DNA from: Vermamoeba vermiformis
Taxonomy: Eukaryota
DNA length: 64,000 nucleotides
NCBI GenBank assembly: GCA_045837725.1
Contig: JBEWZL010000239.1
Location: 124,001-188,000 of the forward strand
Reading direction: 5' to 3'
The translations under genes were made by a program, and so were the position numbers. Numbering within the stretch: position 1 is the first letter of the stretch; every line of letters begins with the position of its first letter. The notes under the pieces were generated by a model. It saw nothing but the letters and a program-made list of their open reading frames with translations. It searched no databases and was not told the DNA's origin. Below are positions 24,014 to 52,008 of the stretch, in pieces.

Positions 24014-25291
24014 GGTCTAGTAGAGGTACTGCCTATAATCAGTAACGAAAAAACTGGCTGTTGCGCGTCGTAAAAATATTTGAGGAGAATTCCGCCTCCG
24101 AGCTGGCACTTTGTCGGTCAAGACTAAGCTCGTTACTTGAGACCATATTGATAATGACTATATATGCGCTAGTCCTATAAAATAAAAGGAACAACTGTTA
24201 TTAGTAATAATTTGAAATGTTCCCCAAAATTGCAACACCCAAAAACTGCGACCTGGATTGTTCCAGCAACACCTCATTTTAATCAGCCCTCGTCGTGTTG
24301 CACCTCATCGCATCACCCCGACACACTGCCGAAAGCATTAGCAGATTCCACCACGAGGCACTACCGTTAATCTCGACGCACGAAGATCCAACGAGAACCT
24401 TCGAGAGACAGACAAGATTTCATCGCGAAGACTGGCCTCATCCTCAAGCTGTAGAGTCGTGTATCGATCCCATGACCGTTGTAGGCACCTGTGTGATGTT
24501 GATAGAGCCCGGACACGCCTAGCCGCTTGAAGGATGTCGCATCTGAGGCAGCTGGCCTTGCCTGGCGAAACTATGCCAAATCACGGTGGCCATCACGGTA
24601 TACACCCTGTGACATGCAGGAGGCTTTTTCTAGTTTCCGTCGTCCTTCACGGTCGGCTATAAAGAAGAATGCGTCTCCAGACGGTGCGTTTACACAGCCT
24701 CAATATTGTATCAGCGACGTACCAGTACCATGAGATAAAAGCGTGCTTTGAGTCATCTTCTTAGTGGAGGTGCGAACAGCGCTATTAGATGGACGTTACC
24801 GTTGTGGGAACAAGATCCGTTTACCTCTATTTTCTTCTCAGTACTAAGTGTTTATATTATCAGTATTTAATGCAACTAAGATGGAGCTTTATAACGCAAG
24901 TAAAGATTTATGAAGCAGATTTTCGAATTTTCAAAAAATTAATGCGTTTGCTCTAAGAGCTCGCTAACAAGTCGGAATCGTGTCACAGTATTACTATAAC
25001 ACAAAAGATAATACCTTTCTGCGAATAATGTTAATGGTTGAAGACCTTACCTAATGATCGAGTTCGATGGGTGGATGGGCAGTCCTGAGCGAACTGTTGC
25101 ATCTGTACAGTCCTTGATATTATCTTGAGCGTCATCAAGCGCGTAGATTTCGGCCAAATTGAGTTGAACTCAGGCGTGTTACGCCGTTCCGTCGCGTGCG
25201 CGTGCTTCCTTTCTCGGTTGGGAAAAAAAATAATGAACGGATAGCCAGGGCAAGCTTTATTATCCATTCTAGATAGAACAAGTAAGCACAA

Positions 25292-28200
25292 ATGGACCTA
25301 AAGTGCTCTGCTTGTAAGACCCTCGTATTTGACGAGAGAAAACAACGGACGAAGGGTTACAGATGCATCCAGTGCGAGGATTTCGTTCTTTGCTCGGACT
25401 GCGAAAGATTGACTTATGAAAGACATTTTGCTACCCATGTATTTATTGTATTCAATAAGGAACATGCCCATAAGAAAGTAAATGACTTTCCTCTTGCTGA
25501 CAAAGGTAATTTTATTGACATCCTCTTCTAGTGCCAGATAAAATTTAGAATTTAAGTATTTATAGTATAAATACCCTTAATAATATGCTCGCTTTTGACA
25601 CCGCCCTGGGATATTGTCAGTAATATTAGAATATAAAAATTTTCTCTCCGGAAAAACGGCCAGATGCGTGCGGACGAAAAAGGATAAATCACCGAGCGGT
25701 GTCAGTCATAAAATCACAATATATACACTCTGTAAACCCTATTCTATTAATTCCGGCAATTTTCGATTATTAATCATCGAACCTTCCAGAGAAAGTCACG
25801 GTCAATCTGGGCAGCAAGCATCCACACAATTGCACGGTCTGTAACCTTCAGACGATCGTCGGAGTAATGTACTCATGCACCCATTGCGCGGATTTCCATG
25901 TTTGCTCAGAAGATTACGAAACGAATCCTAAAGTCGCAAACCACCATCTCGATCACTCATTTATGAAGATCCCGACAATTTTTGCTCCGCTGAACGAAAT
26001 TATTTGGGATTTGGATGCGGTAAGTTCAACTTGGAAAACTTACGTGGAGAGAATTCCTCGGCGTATTAACTTTATCACGGAGGCCGGTAATTACGCCGAG
26101 CTCGTAATAATCTATTTACCTGAGCTATTTTTGAGACTAAGTTTCATATACACTACGCGAGCTATAAATCGTGAAATTACTTCTTTTATGAAAAGAATCT
26201 AGAAAGAACCTTGAAAGGAAGGTTCGATCACGTGTACTCGATCAAGAGCTAACATACTTTTGTATTAGAACTCGACATGGTTCAAAGGCAAGGAAGAAAA
26301 GGACTTTTTGTTTGACACCAATGCGATGTTGAAGCAATTAAATGACAAAAAGAAAGCGCCCGCCAAAACTTCGACCGAGGATTCGAAAACCCCGAAGCCT
26401 ATAACCGACAAGCAAAGCAATGCTCGTTATCTTGATGGCTTAACTCCGACTCCTACACCTACAGTAAACTCTCAATACACTGAAGAGGCTGCTAAGAACA
26501 CTGGGGCCGTGACTTCTCATTACACGGAAGCATTCACCCCTGTTGCCTCGCCTGAAGTGCCTCACTCACAGTACACCAATGAACTCGGCACTACCTCGCA
26601 ATACGTCGACGAGTCAGCACGTGCCGGTGCCTCTGAAATGCTTAATCCCTTGGGCAACATTGTCTCTTCTGGCTACACTGACGGTGCCGTCGCCGACAAA
26701 CCCGCCGCGACCTCTGGTTACACGGACGGTCCTTCTGAAAACAAGTCTGTCACGACTTCTGGTTACACTGACGGCCTGTCTGAAGACAAACCAATCGCTC
26801 TCTCTGGCTACACTGATGGGTCATCAACTGCTTCACCGAATGCGGATCGTCTAAGCAGATACATCCACACCGGCAACGATTCGGTCCCACCACTTGTCTA
26901 CTCAGCCGATTTATCTACATCCAACGGCTCATTGTATTCTGGAACGTTGGAATATCCCACTGCACCTTCCAAGGAGGCTTTGAAAGAACAACCGAAAGCG
27001 GAGCCGAAGCACGAAGAGAAGCCCGTTGAAGTAAGCTCGCCAAAGGACAGAAAGCACAAAGAACATAAGCACAAGAAAGAGGACTCCAAGAGTGGCACGA
27101 AGAAGAGCAAGTCCGAACGCACGGATGAAAAGCACAAGAAAGAAAAGAAGTCGAAGAAGCGAAGTCGATCTAACTCTCATGGTCACAAAGGCGATCATAC
27201 CCTTGCTTTAAGTGCACCGTCCACGCCTGTTAAAGAAGAGACTGTCATTGTAGAGAAGGCGCCCGAAACTTGCCCGAAGAGAAAGGACAAAGAGAGCAAA
27301 GTCACTAGAAAGAGCCGATCCTCTTCCATGCCCGAGAAGAAGTTCAAACTCGCTTTGCGCAAGAGCCACAAGTCTAAGGCCAACCTCGATGGTCAAAAGA
27401 CTACCCAGTCTGCTGAGGTTATTGCGCATCCAGTCCTTGTTGAACCAACGGTCTCGCCTAAAGCCACCGAGATCTCGCCCAAGTCTCCTCGAAAGGACAA
27501 GTCCTCAAAGAAGAGCCCTAAACCTGACCGCCCATTGTCGGTACCCGTGCAACCTAAGAAGGATGAAGACTTGAAGGCCATTGCCGATTTTTACATCGAG
27601 ACTGGTCTTCAAGCTGAGGGCGGCAAGGACAAGAAGGCCAAGGAGAAGAAAGAAAAGAAGAAGGAGAAGAAGAGCAAGAGACCCAAGAGCTCTAGAAGCA
27701 ACACTGCAACCAGTACCGAGATTGGTCACGCGCACACAGCCCCCGAGTTGGGCCGATACACTTCAGCCGAGGAGTTGTTTGAGATCAACCGTCGCTTGGT
27801 TGAAGGTGAAACCTCTCCTAAAGGTGAACCGTCTCCCTCGAATGTCAATGCCACTTCATTGAGCAGCAGCGCACCCGCTCCGCACAACTATGTGAGCCAT
27901 ATTGACACTATTTCAAGCGTCCAAGAACCTTCAAAGGATCAAAAGGCTAATGTACCCGGCACCTCTTACGCGGCTAACTACTTGACAAGCCCTCCTACTG
28001 CTACGGCGAACTATATTGTTAACCCGAACATCGACCCTGGCGTTGACGTCGAAAGTGAAAGTGAAGAAGGCCCAGAGACTGAGCTTGGCTATCAAACTGC
28101 CATGAACAGAAAGATATACGCGGCTACTAGCTACGCCAACTATGGTTCCTCTGATGACATCTTTGACTTGAGCGAGAATGCCTATGCTGGTCCACCTATT

Positions 28201-30420
28201 GAAGACATCGAGACCGCCTTGGAGTCCAAGCCAATTTCTAAAGTTCAAGGACCTATCTCTCTGTCCAAGATGGCACTGAGACCTCAAGCTATTGAGCTGG
28301 CCCAATCTAGCGGAACTGGTATGAACTGGGGAGAACACTACATGAGGACTCTTCGAGAAATGGCTGGCACCAAGGATAGAATGTTGAAGTAAGTAAAATC
28401 AGGGCACTAAAGGGTGTGGTGAGCGTTATTAACGGGACTTTCATAGGGTCATGAATGGTGAAAAAGTTGAAGTCACACCTGAAATGCGCACGCAGGTCCT
28501 CAACTTCAGACAACATGTTCAAGAATTCAGAGTTGCTGCCTCGAACATTGCCAAGCGTATCATCGACGAGGCCTTCTTGCCCTTGCACCAGAAGACGATC
28601 AAGCCCGTTGATGTTGGTGGCATTGCTGGTGGTCAGAAGTACGTGTACGACGGGATCTTTTTGAAGTTTGCTATCGACTTGTTCGGAGTTTATGGTGGAG
28701 ACTATGCCGCTGCAAAGGCTGCAAGTGAGTACTAGTTGATGACAGACAACTGGATCAGGATTAACTTGTGACTTCAGATCGTGAACTTCAAGGCTTGAAG
28801 GCTTACTATGAAGCAATGATTCCTGGATTGATGGTGCCTCCTATGTTGTTGATTGACTACCGAGGCTTCCGCATGGTTGGTAAGTAGTTTGCCCAGCCGT
28901 TTTAGATCTCGTCGATCTAACCTTTTACACTAGCTACCCCTTGCTTGCCAATTAACAAAGACACTCTTGAATATGGCAGTGCTGATGGAGGTCTCACTGT
29001 CCTCAAGAAGAACAGGGACCTGAACAGAAAGATGAAGCTGGCTGCTATCAAGATGAAGCTCAAGGGTCACATTGTCGGCACCAACAGCCCGACTCAGATC
29101 TACGGTCCTGGTAAGTTTTGTCAACGTTATTGGTCTTTCATTATAGATTCTAACAGTGACTATCTAGCTGATATTGAGGGCCACAGTAGCAGCATAGACG
29201 GTCTACACTTCGTCATTGACACTGCTCGTGTGTCTCCGCCCTTCCCTCCTGAAAAGACGATCTCGGCTATCTTCTTGCCCCAAGATCCCGTGACCACCAA
29301 TCCTTGGATCCGATACGGCGAGGGTACCAAGTTGCTCGATGTGCCCATCAAGAACTTGAAGAACAATCTTCGTCAGTACTTCCCTCACTTGCCCTCTCAC
29401 GCTCAACTTGAAGAGGCCAATATGCCTGGCGCTACGATCTACTACGTGCCTGAGCAGTACCTCAAGGAGCGCGTTCTCAATCGTATCGCGTCATCAGCCG
29501 TGCACAAGCTCATCTACGGCGATGTTGTGTTGATCTACACGCTCAGATTGAGAGGCACCCAGCTCTACGACCTTCTTCGACTCGAGTTGCTGCAACACCC
29601 TGAAGTCCCTGCCTTGAGCTCTGACGCCTTCACATTCTTCCAACAAGCTGGCATTGAGAAGGACAACGACGAGGCTGATGTACGAAAGGCCGTGCAGATT
29701 TTGAAAGAGAAAGTCATTCCTCAATTTTGCGATGACTTGCTCAACAAACGCATCAACGTCTGGTCTTCACCTACCGCACTCGTGGACGAGATGCACAAGC
29801 GAGGCATCAACATCAAGTTCTTGGGTGACATTCGTACCCGCATTGTTTCTGACGCCAAGTTGGATTCGCTCGTGACCATTGAAATGGTTGCTCGTGCTTC
29901 AAAGTACTTCCTTCGCTCTCAGTTGCGCAGAATCAAGTCACGCGAGATCAAGCAAGACGAGATTAAGGTCATCCTTGGTAACTTCAACATGGTGATTGGC
30001 GACAGTATTGCAAGCAGATATTACTGGCAGTTCATCATTAGAGCTCTTGTCACTGCCAAGTTTGGACCTAGTTTCTGCGACGTTGAGAAGAATGACTTGG
30101 ATTACGACTTGCGCTCTGCAATCAACGACAAGTACGCTCTGTTCACGGCCTTGGAGGCGCACACGGGCATCAAGTTCAAGCCCGAGATCCACGCCAAGTT
30201 GCGCGCTGACCCGGCCTTGTTTGACAAAAAGATTGTGGTCCGTGCCTCTGACTTTGACAGCTTGGAAGCACGCCACCGTACTTGGGGTGACGAGTGCATT
30301 CAAAAGAAATTGGACCGCATCACCGCCGCGTTGAACGAAGCAATCGAAAAGACCAAAGAAGGCAAGCTGGCCATTGAAGAAGAAGGACAAAAGCTCCACG
30401 TCGAAGTTCCTGTTGTTTAA
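25292..30420 (+). CDS. ZZ zinc-finger + long disordered region + Clu/TIF31-domain protein
   Basis: Two ZZ-like fingers (CSAC..YRCIQCEDFVLCSDC..H..H; CHGC..YSCTHCADFHVCSED..H..H); Clu motifs GGQKY, IDYRGFRM, YGSADGG, DIEGH, IDTARVSPP, EMHKRGINIKFLG, EMVAR. Confidence 0.85.
26668..26820 (+). repeat. 45-nt coding tandem repeat (SGYTDG x4)
   Basis: TCTGGYTACACNGAYGG at 26668, 26713, 26758 and 26803. Confidence 0.9.
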
Positions 30421-30553
30421 ACGCAACAACAAATGTTATTTAATGTAAATAGTACTGTACAATAAAGCGAAATTAGGAACAACAAAACAGCGCAAGGATG
30501 TTTTTCTTTTAATATCAAATGTACAGAATAATTTACAAGGGTTAGGGTTTGGT

Positions 30554-34760
<4,207 letters not shown>

Positions 34761-35190
34761 TACGCATATTGGTAGTCGTCGCGGATTATTTGTGGTACTG
34801 AATTTCAGCGAGGGAACAAAATAAAATAACCCAAGAATTTCTTGGAAGGCTGGATCCCTTGCCAAAAGAATTTTGGATATCCGCGACAATCATTTAAACT
34901 AAAAAATGATTAAATCATAAAAAATTATTTCCGTACTCAATAATTTGCTGGCTCAAAGACTTTTGTTTGACAGATGAACGTTGGTGCGTGATCAATTACT
35001 AACCAGGCTAGTCCAATGCAGCATCTTAAAGTAAAAATGCTATTTTGAAGCCTTAATAGTCTTCCTAAGATACTCAACCGCCAATTGCGATCTGTTGCAT
35101 GACCGGGCACGGAGCTTATTACTAAATGGGGATATTTTCGCCGCTCCGGGCTCCTTTACCTGCGTAACAATCATTTTACGTTCCATGTGA

Positions 35191-35226
35191 TTTTCGCCGA
35201 CCAGCGTCTCGTGCCTATAAAATCGA
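35191..35226 (+). promoter_or_regulatory. ABCC copy 1 core promoter
   Basis: TTTTCGCCGA...CGTGCCTATAAAATCGA, matched in the copy 2 promoter despite otherwise diverged flanks. Confidence 0.55.
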
Positions 35227-35278
35227 ATATTTAGCGCCGGCAGTTGCTGAATACAACAACAAGAGGGACGTTGACAAA

Positions 35279-40103
<4,825 letters not shown>

Positions 40104-40389
40104 AGATCCGGTAACTAACAAACTATGTCTTAATAACCATCCTATTTATTTAATAACATAAATGTACATATAACTATGCCGAGATATTTAAGTCAAATTT
40201 CTGCAATTTCTGCAACTTTTTGATGAATTTTCGCAAAGATACGGATCTGCTCGCTTCGGCTGCAGATCTGAAGTAATGCGCTTTGAATTAATATATTGAA
40301 TGTCATGTAGGTAAATGCGTATAATTTTCGGTGGCAGCTTTTTGTCCACCGCGTAACAAATTTGTTCCAATTGTCCGTTCCGTCGGCTA

Positions 40390-40424
40390 TTTCGCCAGGA
40401 CATCACGCGTGCCTATAAATTCGA
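40390..40424 (+). promoter_or_regulatory. ABCC copy 2 core promoter
   Basis: TTTCGCCA...CGTGCCTATAAATTCGA. Confidence 0.55.
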
Positions 40425-40471
40425 CTTAAGCATCGTTTATTCCTTTTAACAAGTATTTAAACAATACAACA

Positions 40472-45497
<5,026 letters not shown>

Positions 45498-45848
45498 TTA
45501 ACGAGCTTGTATGGATCTCACTTAAAATCAAAATTGTACATAAATTTATTGAATTTAAATTCGATTTACCATTTTGTTTGTCAGGTTGTTATCCACTTTA
45601 AAACACTATATTTAGTTAGGGCTTAGAAGTGGAGTCGATTTCGATGAATCGAAGAAGAAAAAACGGATTCGGCCGCAATCACATTAAATCAAAACACCTG
45701 TCAAACCAAAACGTGTTCACCAGCAAAACCAGTATTTTTTGACCCTTATTTACGACTCTTTGCTCCGAGTACCACAGTATTAATGAGGTATTGAAGAATA
45801 TTGAAGAATTCAAAGTTAAAATCAACTGTACATACTCGGATTGCAAAA

Positions 45849-48151
45849 ATGGGACTGCTCAAATCTAACGAAATATATACTCTTAGTATCGTCATATTAT
45901 TATTCGTAAGTTCTACATTCAAGTGACACAATTTGTTGTCGGTGGTCAAGTTGCAAAAATATTGCCTCATCTGGCACCACTTTCCGATCTAAATACTTAC
46001 ACATTTCTCCATAATAACATATCATGACAGGTTTCGGCAACGCAGTCCATCAATGTATATTTAAATGGCGAACTTCATCATTTCAATACGCCCTATTCAC
46101 GTTACGGTCGATTTGAATTTAATATAACTGGCGCTGGTTTAGCAGTAGCAGACCCAATCGATCTTTGCAGTGAACAACAAGTAGATTGGACTAACAAAAT
46201 AGTTATCACAACAAAAGTTGGATGTTCACCGCTCACAAAGATCCGATTAGCGCAACAGCGAGGAGCAGTGGTAAGAAAATTTTATTTATTAAATCGACGA
46301 ATGACAAGGGCTAGCTTGTCATTTTTTGAGTTGCATGCAACTTGACGTGTGTCACGCGTGATCCGGAATTCGGTTGGATGCTGTTACTAACGTTTGCTTC
46401 CAGGGAATAATTGCTCATGAAACAGGAAATTATGGCCCGTCAGGAAATGTTTATTGGAAAACTGCGGATGGGATGTGGGCGCCTGACACCTCGCTGCCTT
46501 TCGTAACGATAAACGCATCGGTAAGAATTATTACGAACGGATGAATTGGTATAACAGAGCGTTCTAATAAGCTCGTGTTACAATAGAATGGCGATACTCT
46601 AAGGTCTTTAATTCTTAACGTAACCACTAATGACACGCTCACAGCGGATTTGGATCCGTACGGTAAGCTTAGAAATTTGATTTGCAGGGAGTTATTCACC
46701 TAATGACGGTTATTTAGATCACAACGAATGGATTGTCGTGCTCGATACATCAAATGCATACATGGGTGTTGCAATCGCGTTGATTTTAGCGAACGCTGCA
46801 GGACTCGGTTTTGCATTGAGCCGCTTGGTCTCCCTAATCATGGCCAAGGGTTGCGATCGTACCACTGCACACTTAACGCTGTCCTTTATCTGTGCTATGC
46901 ATACCTCAACGATCATCTATTATGTTGTCAATATTATTGACATCAAAGTTGGTCCTGTCGCGCCGGACCTTTTTTACACCGTCTTTTTGATTCTTCCGGA
47001 ATTACTTCAAATGCTATCAAGTCTTATTGTTAGCTTATATTGGTAAGTTTGAGCATGTCGGGTGCGATTTGCATCCAGAAATTCCGTCCGAATATTTTGT
47101 GATCAAAATTACTAAATCAACTTTTTTAGGTTCGAGCTCATCAATTCCGTGACTAGCAAACCGATGATGTTCTTGAAGAGATTGTTTAAGCCATTTGTAG
47201 CCTTTGCAATAGTAAGTGATTGTGAAGCATTTACTATTGAATTTCACAAAAGTTAACGGCAATAGTAACAATTTTATCAGATCATTAGTGTGCTATATGT
47301 GGTCGTAGTTATTATGTCTGGACTATACTTGGCTGATTTGATCATCTTGATTTTCTTATTCGTTTTCTTGGTGCTCAGTGTGGTAAGTGTCACGCGTATA
47401 CTTCTCGTGTTCCGACTTGTCGCTAATTCGATCGACAATAGGCCGTAGCCATTATTTGGCTTATAGTGGGTGCTAAATTAATCCATCAACTGCAAACTAA
47501 CGCGAAATTGCGTGAAAACAAGAAAAAAGCATCCAACTTCAACCGCGTAAGTGTCAACTATATACGCAAAGTGCTTATCGAGAAAATCATTATATTGATC
47601 ATTTTCTTATTTAGCTCTCCGCCTTCATCATATTATGCGCGATATTCTTATTCTTAACGCGCACTATGTATCTCGTACTGGGTCTAGATCAGGGTGTCTA
47701 CGCAGATCCCTGGTTCTGGCTTCCAATCGCAACTTTGATCTATATCTTCCAGCTTATCACTGCATATATTCAGACTGGCTTATTCAAGTTACACAAGCGA
47801 GATTTCAAGTCTACTAGCAAAGGATCGGATCGCACTCAAGACAGCACTCGTCATTCGCATCGTGCTTCAATGCATGGAGGCATGAACATGTCGGCTGTTG
47901 CTACAAAGGGCGAGTCTGTTGGAGATACACTAAGCGAGGAGCCTATACTTAGCGGCGAAGAGACTAAACGTACCGCTACAACAGCAGCTAGCGATAATGA
48001 ATCGAGCTCTGAAGCTCCTCAAAATGGATTAAATAACGAGGCAGAAGAAAAATCAAAAAGCGTTAGCCAATCAGAAAAGGACGAAAGCGATTCTTCTTCA
48101 AGTAAAGAAGAGAGCGAATCTAGTTCTGAGTCTAACAGCGGGTCAAATTAA
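45849..48151 (+). CDS. Signal peptide + PA (protease-associated) domain + 7TM protein
   Basis: ADPIDLC...WTNKIVITTKVGCSPLTKIRLAQQRGAVGII...LPFVTINASNGDTL; seven TM segments; Ser/Glu-rich tail. Confidence 0.8.
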
Positions 48152-48376
48152 AATACATGTACTATAAATAAAATATGGCATAAATGCTTTAAAATGTATT
48201 GCCGGTCAGTAAATATTTCTTATCACTCCGGTTGAAATCCCAACGCTCCTTCCAAATAAAGACTAAACCACGTGATCAACCGCCGATACTTATGGTTTTC
48301 CTGGACAACAAAAGCATTATCATTGTCATTCAAGTACCGCTGAGGTCCAACTCAGCGCTTTTTATCAAGCAGCGAT

Positions 48377-50693
48377 ATGGCAAAAGGTGCTCTGGAAAGG
48401 CACTGGATCGTCGCACTATGCCTTGTAGCTCTTGCTGTAAGTTTGATAAAATCATGATCAATTATGTTTAGTAATATTAGAAGTTAAATCATTAAACTGT
48501 GGGTGAGCAAAGTAGATCGCGCCAAATTAAATTGATAAATTACAATGAAAATTTTGTAATTTAATTTCTTTTGTGGCTTTTATATGATCGCTAATACGAT
48601 ACTATTAGACTATTGCGAATGCTATATATGTTCATAGCAGTAACGGCGAAACTTTGTACTTCAATACTCCCGTTATGCGCTACGGAACGAGAAACTTTAA
48701 TATTACTGGCGCCAAGCTCGCAGTAGCAGATCCAATATTCAATTTCTGTGCAGCGAACGACCAAGACTTTACCGGTCGGATTGTTATTATGAGCCAAGAT
48801 GGATGCACACCTGCATTACAAATGAAGATTGTAAAAGACCAAGGAGCAATAGTAAGTATATAACCTCTCGTATGAGGGAAAATTTCATTCGGTACACACC
48901 CTCCGGAGCTCGAATCCGAAATTAACAAAAAAAGGAATTGGAGTACCTTGCGCAATTTAGACATAGTATTAATTCTAATTCGGCAGGGTGTTATTTGGGT
49001 AGATTTTGGCCGACTAGGACCCGCGGGTAATATTTACTGGAGGACTTTGGAAGGCCGATGGCCCGACGAATCCACGATAGTTCCCATGGTGGCTATGAAC
49101 AAACCTGTAAGGCATTATTATTCATATACCTCTATTATTGACCGAATGATATCTTAGGATGCAGATGCGTTGATAGAATTGCTGCACAATGATACTGCCG
49201 ATGTAATTACTGCGGATTTAGATCCTTATGGTAAGCGTTCAGTACAACTATCATTCATGCCTTAACACTTCCATAGAGTACAATATATGGAGGGATGTCC
49301 TCGACGACTCGAATCAATACCTTATTCTTACGATACTCATCACCGCTACTGCACTTGCCGGATTAGGTTTTGCATTGAGTCGCTTTGTGTCGCTACTAAT
49401 GATACAAGGATGCGCTCTAACAACTGCGCATATTTCTTTGTCATTCATCTGCTTGGGGTTTGCTACGATGGCTATCTATTACATCGTCAATATTATCGAG
49501 ATCAAGGTTGGTCCGACAGCGGCTGAGACGTGGCATATGGCATTTGTAACAGCGCCTGAATTATTTTCCCTATTGTCTTGTCTTATAGTGAGCCTCTATT
49601 GGTACGTTTGACGGTAGTTTGTACTGGATCTGTTGTCTAACGGATCTCGCTTAGGTTTGAATTGATCAACTCAGTGACGAACAGACCGATATTATTCTTG
49701 AAAAAGCTATTTAGACCCTTCATTGGCATTTCTATCGCGGTTGCGGCGATGTGGATCGTCATCAACATTACACTCGCCCTCTTCTTGGGCATCATTCCGT
49801 TCCTTATCTTCGCCATATTATACTTACTGATTAGTTTGGTAAGAAAATTTAATATATTAACTACTACCTATTCATAATGGGTTGCTCAGATGATTACTAC
49901 GGTTTGGATCATCGTCGGCATTAAGTTGCTTCGAACAGTTCGAGCCAATCGGAAATTAGTGATTAGTGCGCAGAAAAAACGAAGTTTTAACAGAGTAAGC
50001 TGAGAAAAAAAACTTTGGTGACTGATCAATATTGACTTTATTTTTTTGCATTAGCTTGCTGTTTGCATCATATTGTGCGCTATCTTCTTATTCGCAACAC
50101 GACTACTGTATTGTTTCATCGTGGCATTGCCCTCCCTAGACGATCCCAACAATTGGATCATATGTGCCGGCGCTCTGTTCTTCTGTCAACTCGCCTTATT
50201 GTTCATCCAAACAGGCTTGTTCAAAATGCAGAAACGAGATTTCAAGACTAGTGCCTCGGGAGACTCGCAACATTCACGCGGAGATATGAGCCCGAGCTCG
50301 CTGAACACGCCTAAGGGACAGACGAATTCAACGATGGAACTGAGTTCTCGTGTTGCTACTGCCCGAAGCCACGCTCAAATTGACAAGTCGGCGTCATCGT
50401 CATCAAGTTCTGAGCAGCCACAGGCTGAAGTAAATAACGTGGAAGTGAATAACGGTGCTGATCTAGCAGCGGTCGAGAAGAGCGGAGTCGTGCCAATGCC
50501 CGAAGTGAAACTTGAGGCAGTAGAATATATCAATAATAGTAATAACGATTTCAGCGAGAGTCACAACGAAGAGCACGAACGCGTGTCAAAATCCTCATCG
50601 GAGAGCTCGTCTAGCGAAGAATCATCGAGTAGCAGCGACAGCGATAATAAGTCCTCCAGCAATGAAAGCTTTGACAAAACTGACTCGAGTTAA
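48377..50693 (+). CDS. Signal peptide + PA domain + 7TM protein, tandem paralogue
   Basis: Exon 1 MAKGALERHWIVALCLVALA; ADPIFNFC...FTGRIVIMSQDGCTPALQMKIVKDQGAI; shares GLGFALSR, LIVSLYWFELI and IQTGLFK..KRDFK with the neighbour. Confidence 0.8.
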
Positions 50694-50758
50694 GTAACAA
50701 CAAGCGAGTAGGTGTATATTAGTATTAAAATAGATTTATATTTACATCAAGTATTATT

Positions 50759-51864
50759 TTACAAATTATTTTCTACGTACTCCATGTTCACGTCGCTAAT
50801 CGAATCCTCGTTCAAACTGTATTCAACGTTCAGCTGGCCTGCTTCTCCGGGCCTATTGATAGCGATCTTATAGTTAGGGGCCTTGCCTACAATAATAATA
50901 TTAGTACCATATATAATATAACTATAATCTAGCCGTACCTTGGATCGACAAAACCATCGGGATCCACGACTGCAGAATGTCAATTCTACTCGTGTTTTCT
51001 GGTGAAGTGAATCCAACTAACATGAGGAACTCTTTCCTATAATATAATAGCTAATTAGAGTCATATAATATAGAGGATAAGACGTACTTAATGGCGTGAC
51101 AATAATCAGCTGCGTCACGTGCAAAAGCCAGTGTTCGAGCTAATGGCTGCGCTGCTCCTCGTTCTTTGGCACTATCCCTATAAAACTATTAATATATATT
51201 AATGGTTATAACGCTATAAAAGGGGGCTGTACCTCACTACGATATCCAAGTCGTCAATAATGAGCAGATCTGGTAACTCCGCCGAGCAATGAATATTCGC
51301 TAAATAATATCGTAGGTCTCTATCATCCATAACATATCTATATTAAGAGGTTAGTTAATCGTGTTAAGCGGATCCAAGAGCTGATCTCGTACCTCATTTC
51401 AATCTTGTCCAATACTGCGGTATCAGGTACCAAGCCGTTGTAAAACACAGGCGGAGAGCTCTGCATTTTAGATTTGTCGCACATATAGACCACTTTCTTA
51501 TTCTGTTTGGCAGACGTGTACGCGTACTGGAATAGCAACGAAGATTTGCCACTAAAAATTAATTAATTAAATTACTGGCACAATTTAATTACACTAATAG
51601 TAATATTAATATTTGATAGCGTATTGTCATCGCCAAGGAACTATTTGAATTTTTTAAAAAATTTCTGGGCGGATCTATTGTTGAGTGGCACTTTAAGAGT
51701 GATCGATACAGGTATTTTTAAAAATATTACCTCTTCGGATTTCCAGTTAAACAAGCCAGATGCGTTTCATAGTTAAAATTCTTCGAACAAGTGTCGAACG
51801 CTTTGCGAATGTTCTTATCAACAGACGGCTCGTTCCATACAAATAAATTGGCAACAGTAAACAT
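50759..51864 (-). CDS. SWSAP1: SWSAP1-like RecA/Rad51-paralogue ATPase (Shu complex)
   Basis: LTGNPKSGKSSLLFQYA (Walker A), LDKIEMRY, LANIH...PDLLIIDDL, LARTLA..RDA. Confidence 0.72.
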
Positions 51865-52008
51865 AGGTCTTGTATTCTTATTATGTCTGTCTTGTTCTGT
51901 TTTCTAACGGATCTGACTCAAAATTTTTCGTATTTTTTTGGTTGATGACGTAATTTCATTTTTATTCAATTTTTTGTATAATAGAACACATATTAATAAC
52001 AACTTGAT

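Noticed and set aside
26543-30432. Many antisense and alternate-frame ORFs here and over the GH and ABCC genes
   Set aside because: Shadows of codon-biased real CDSs, with no motifs of their own.
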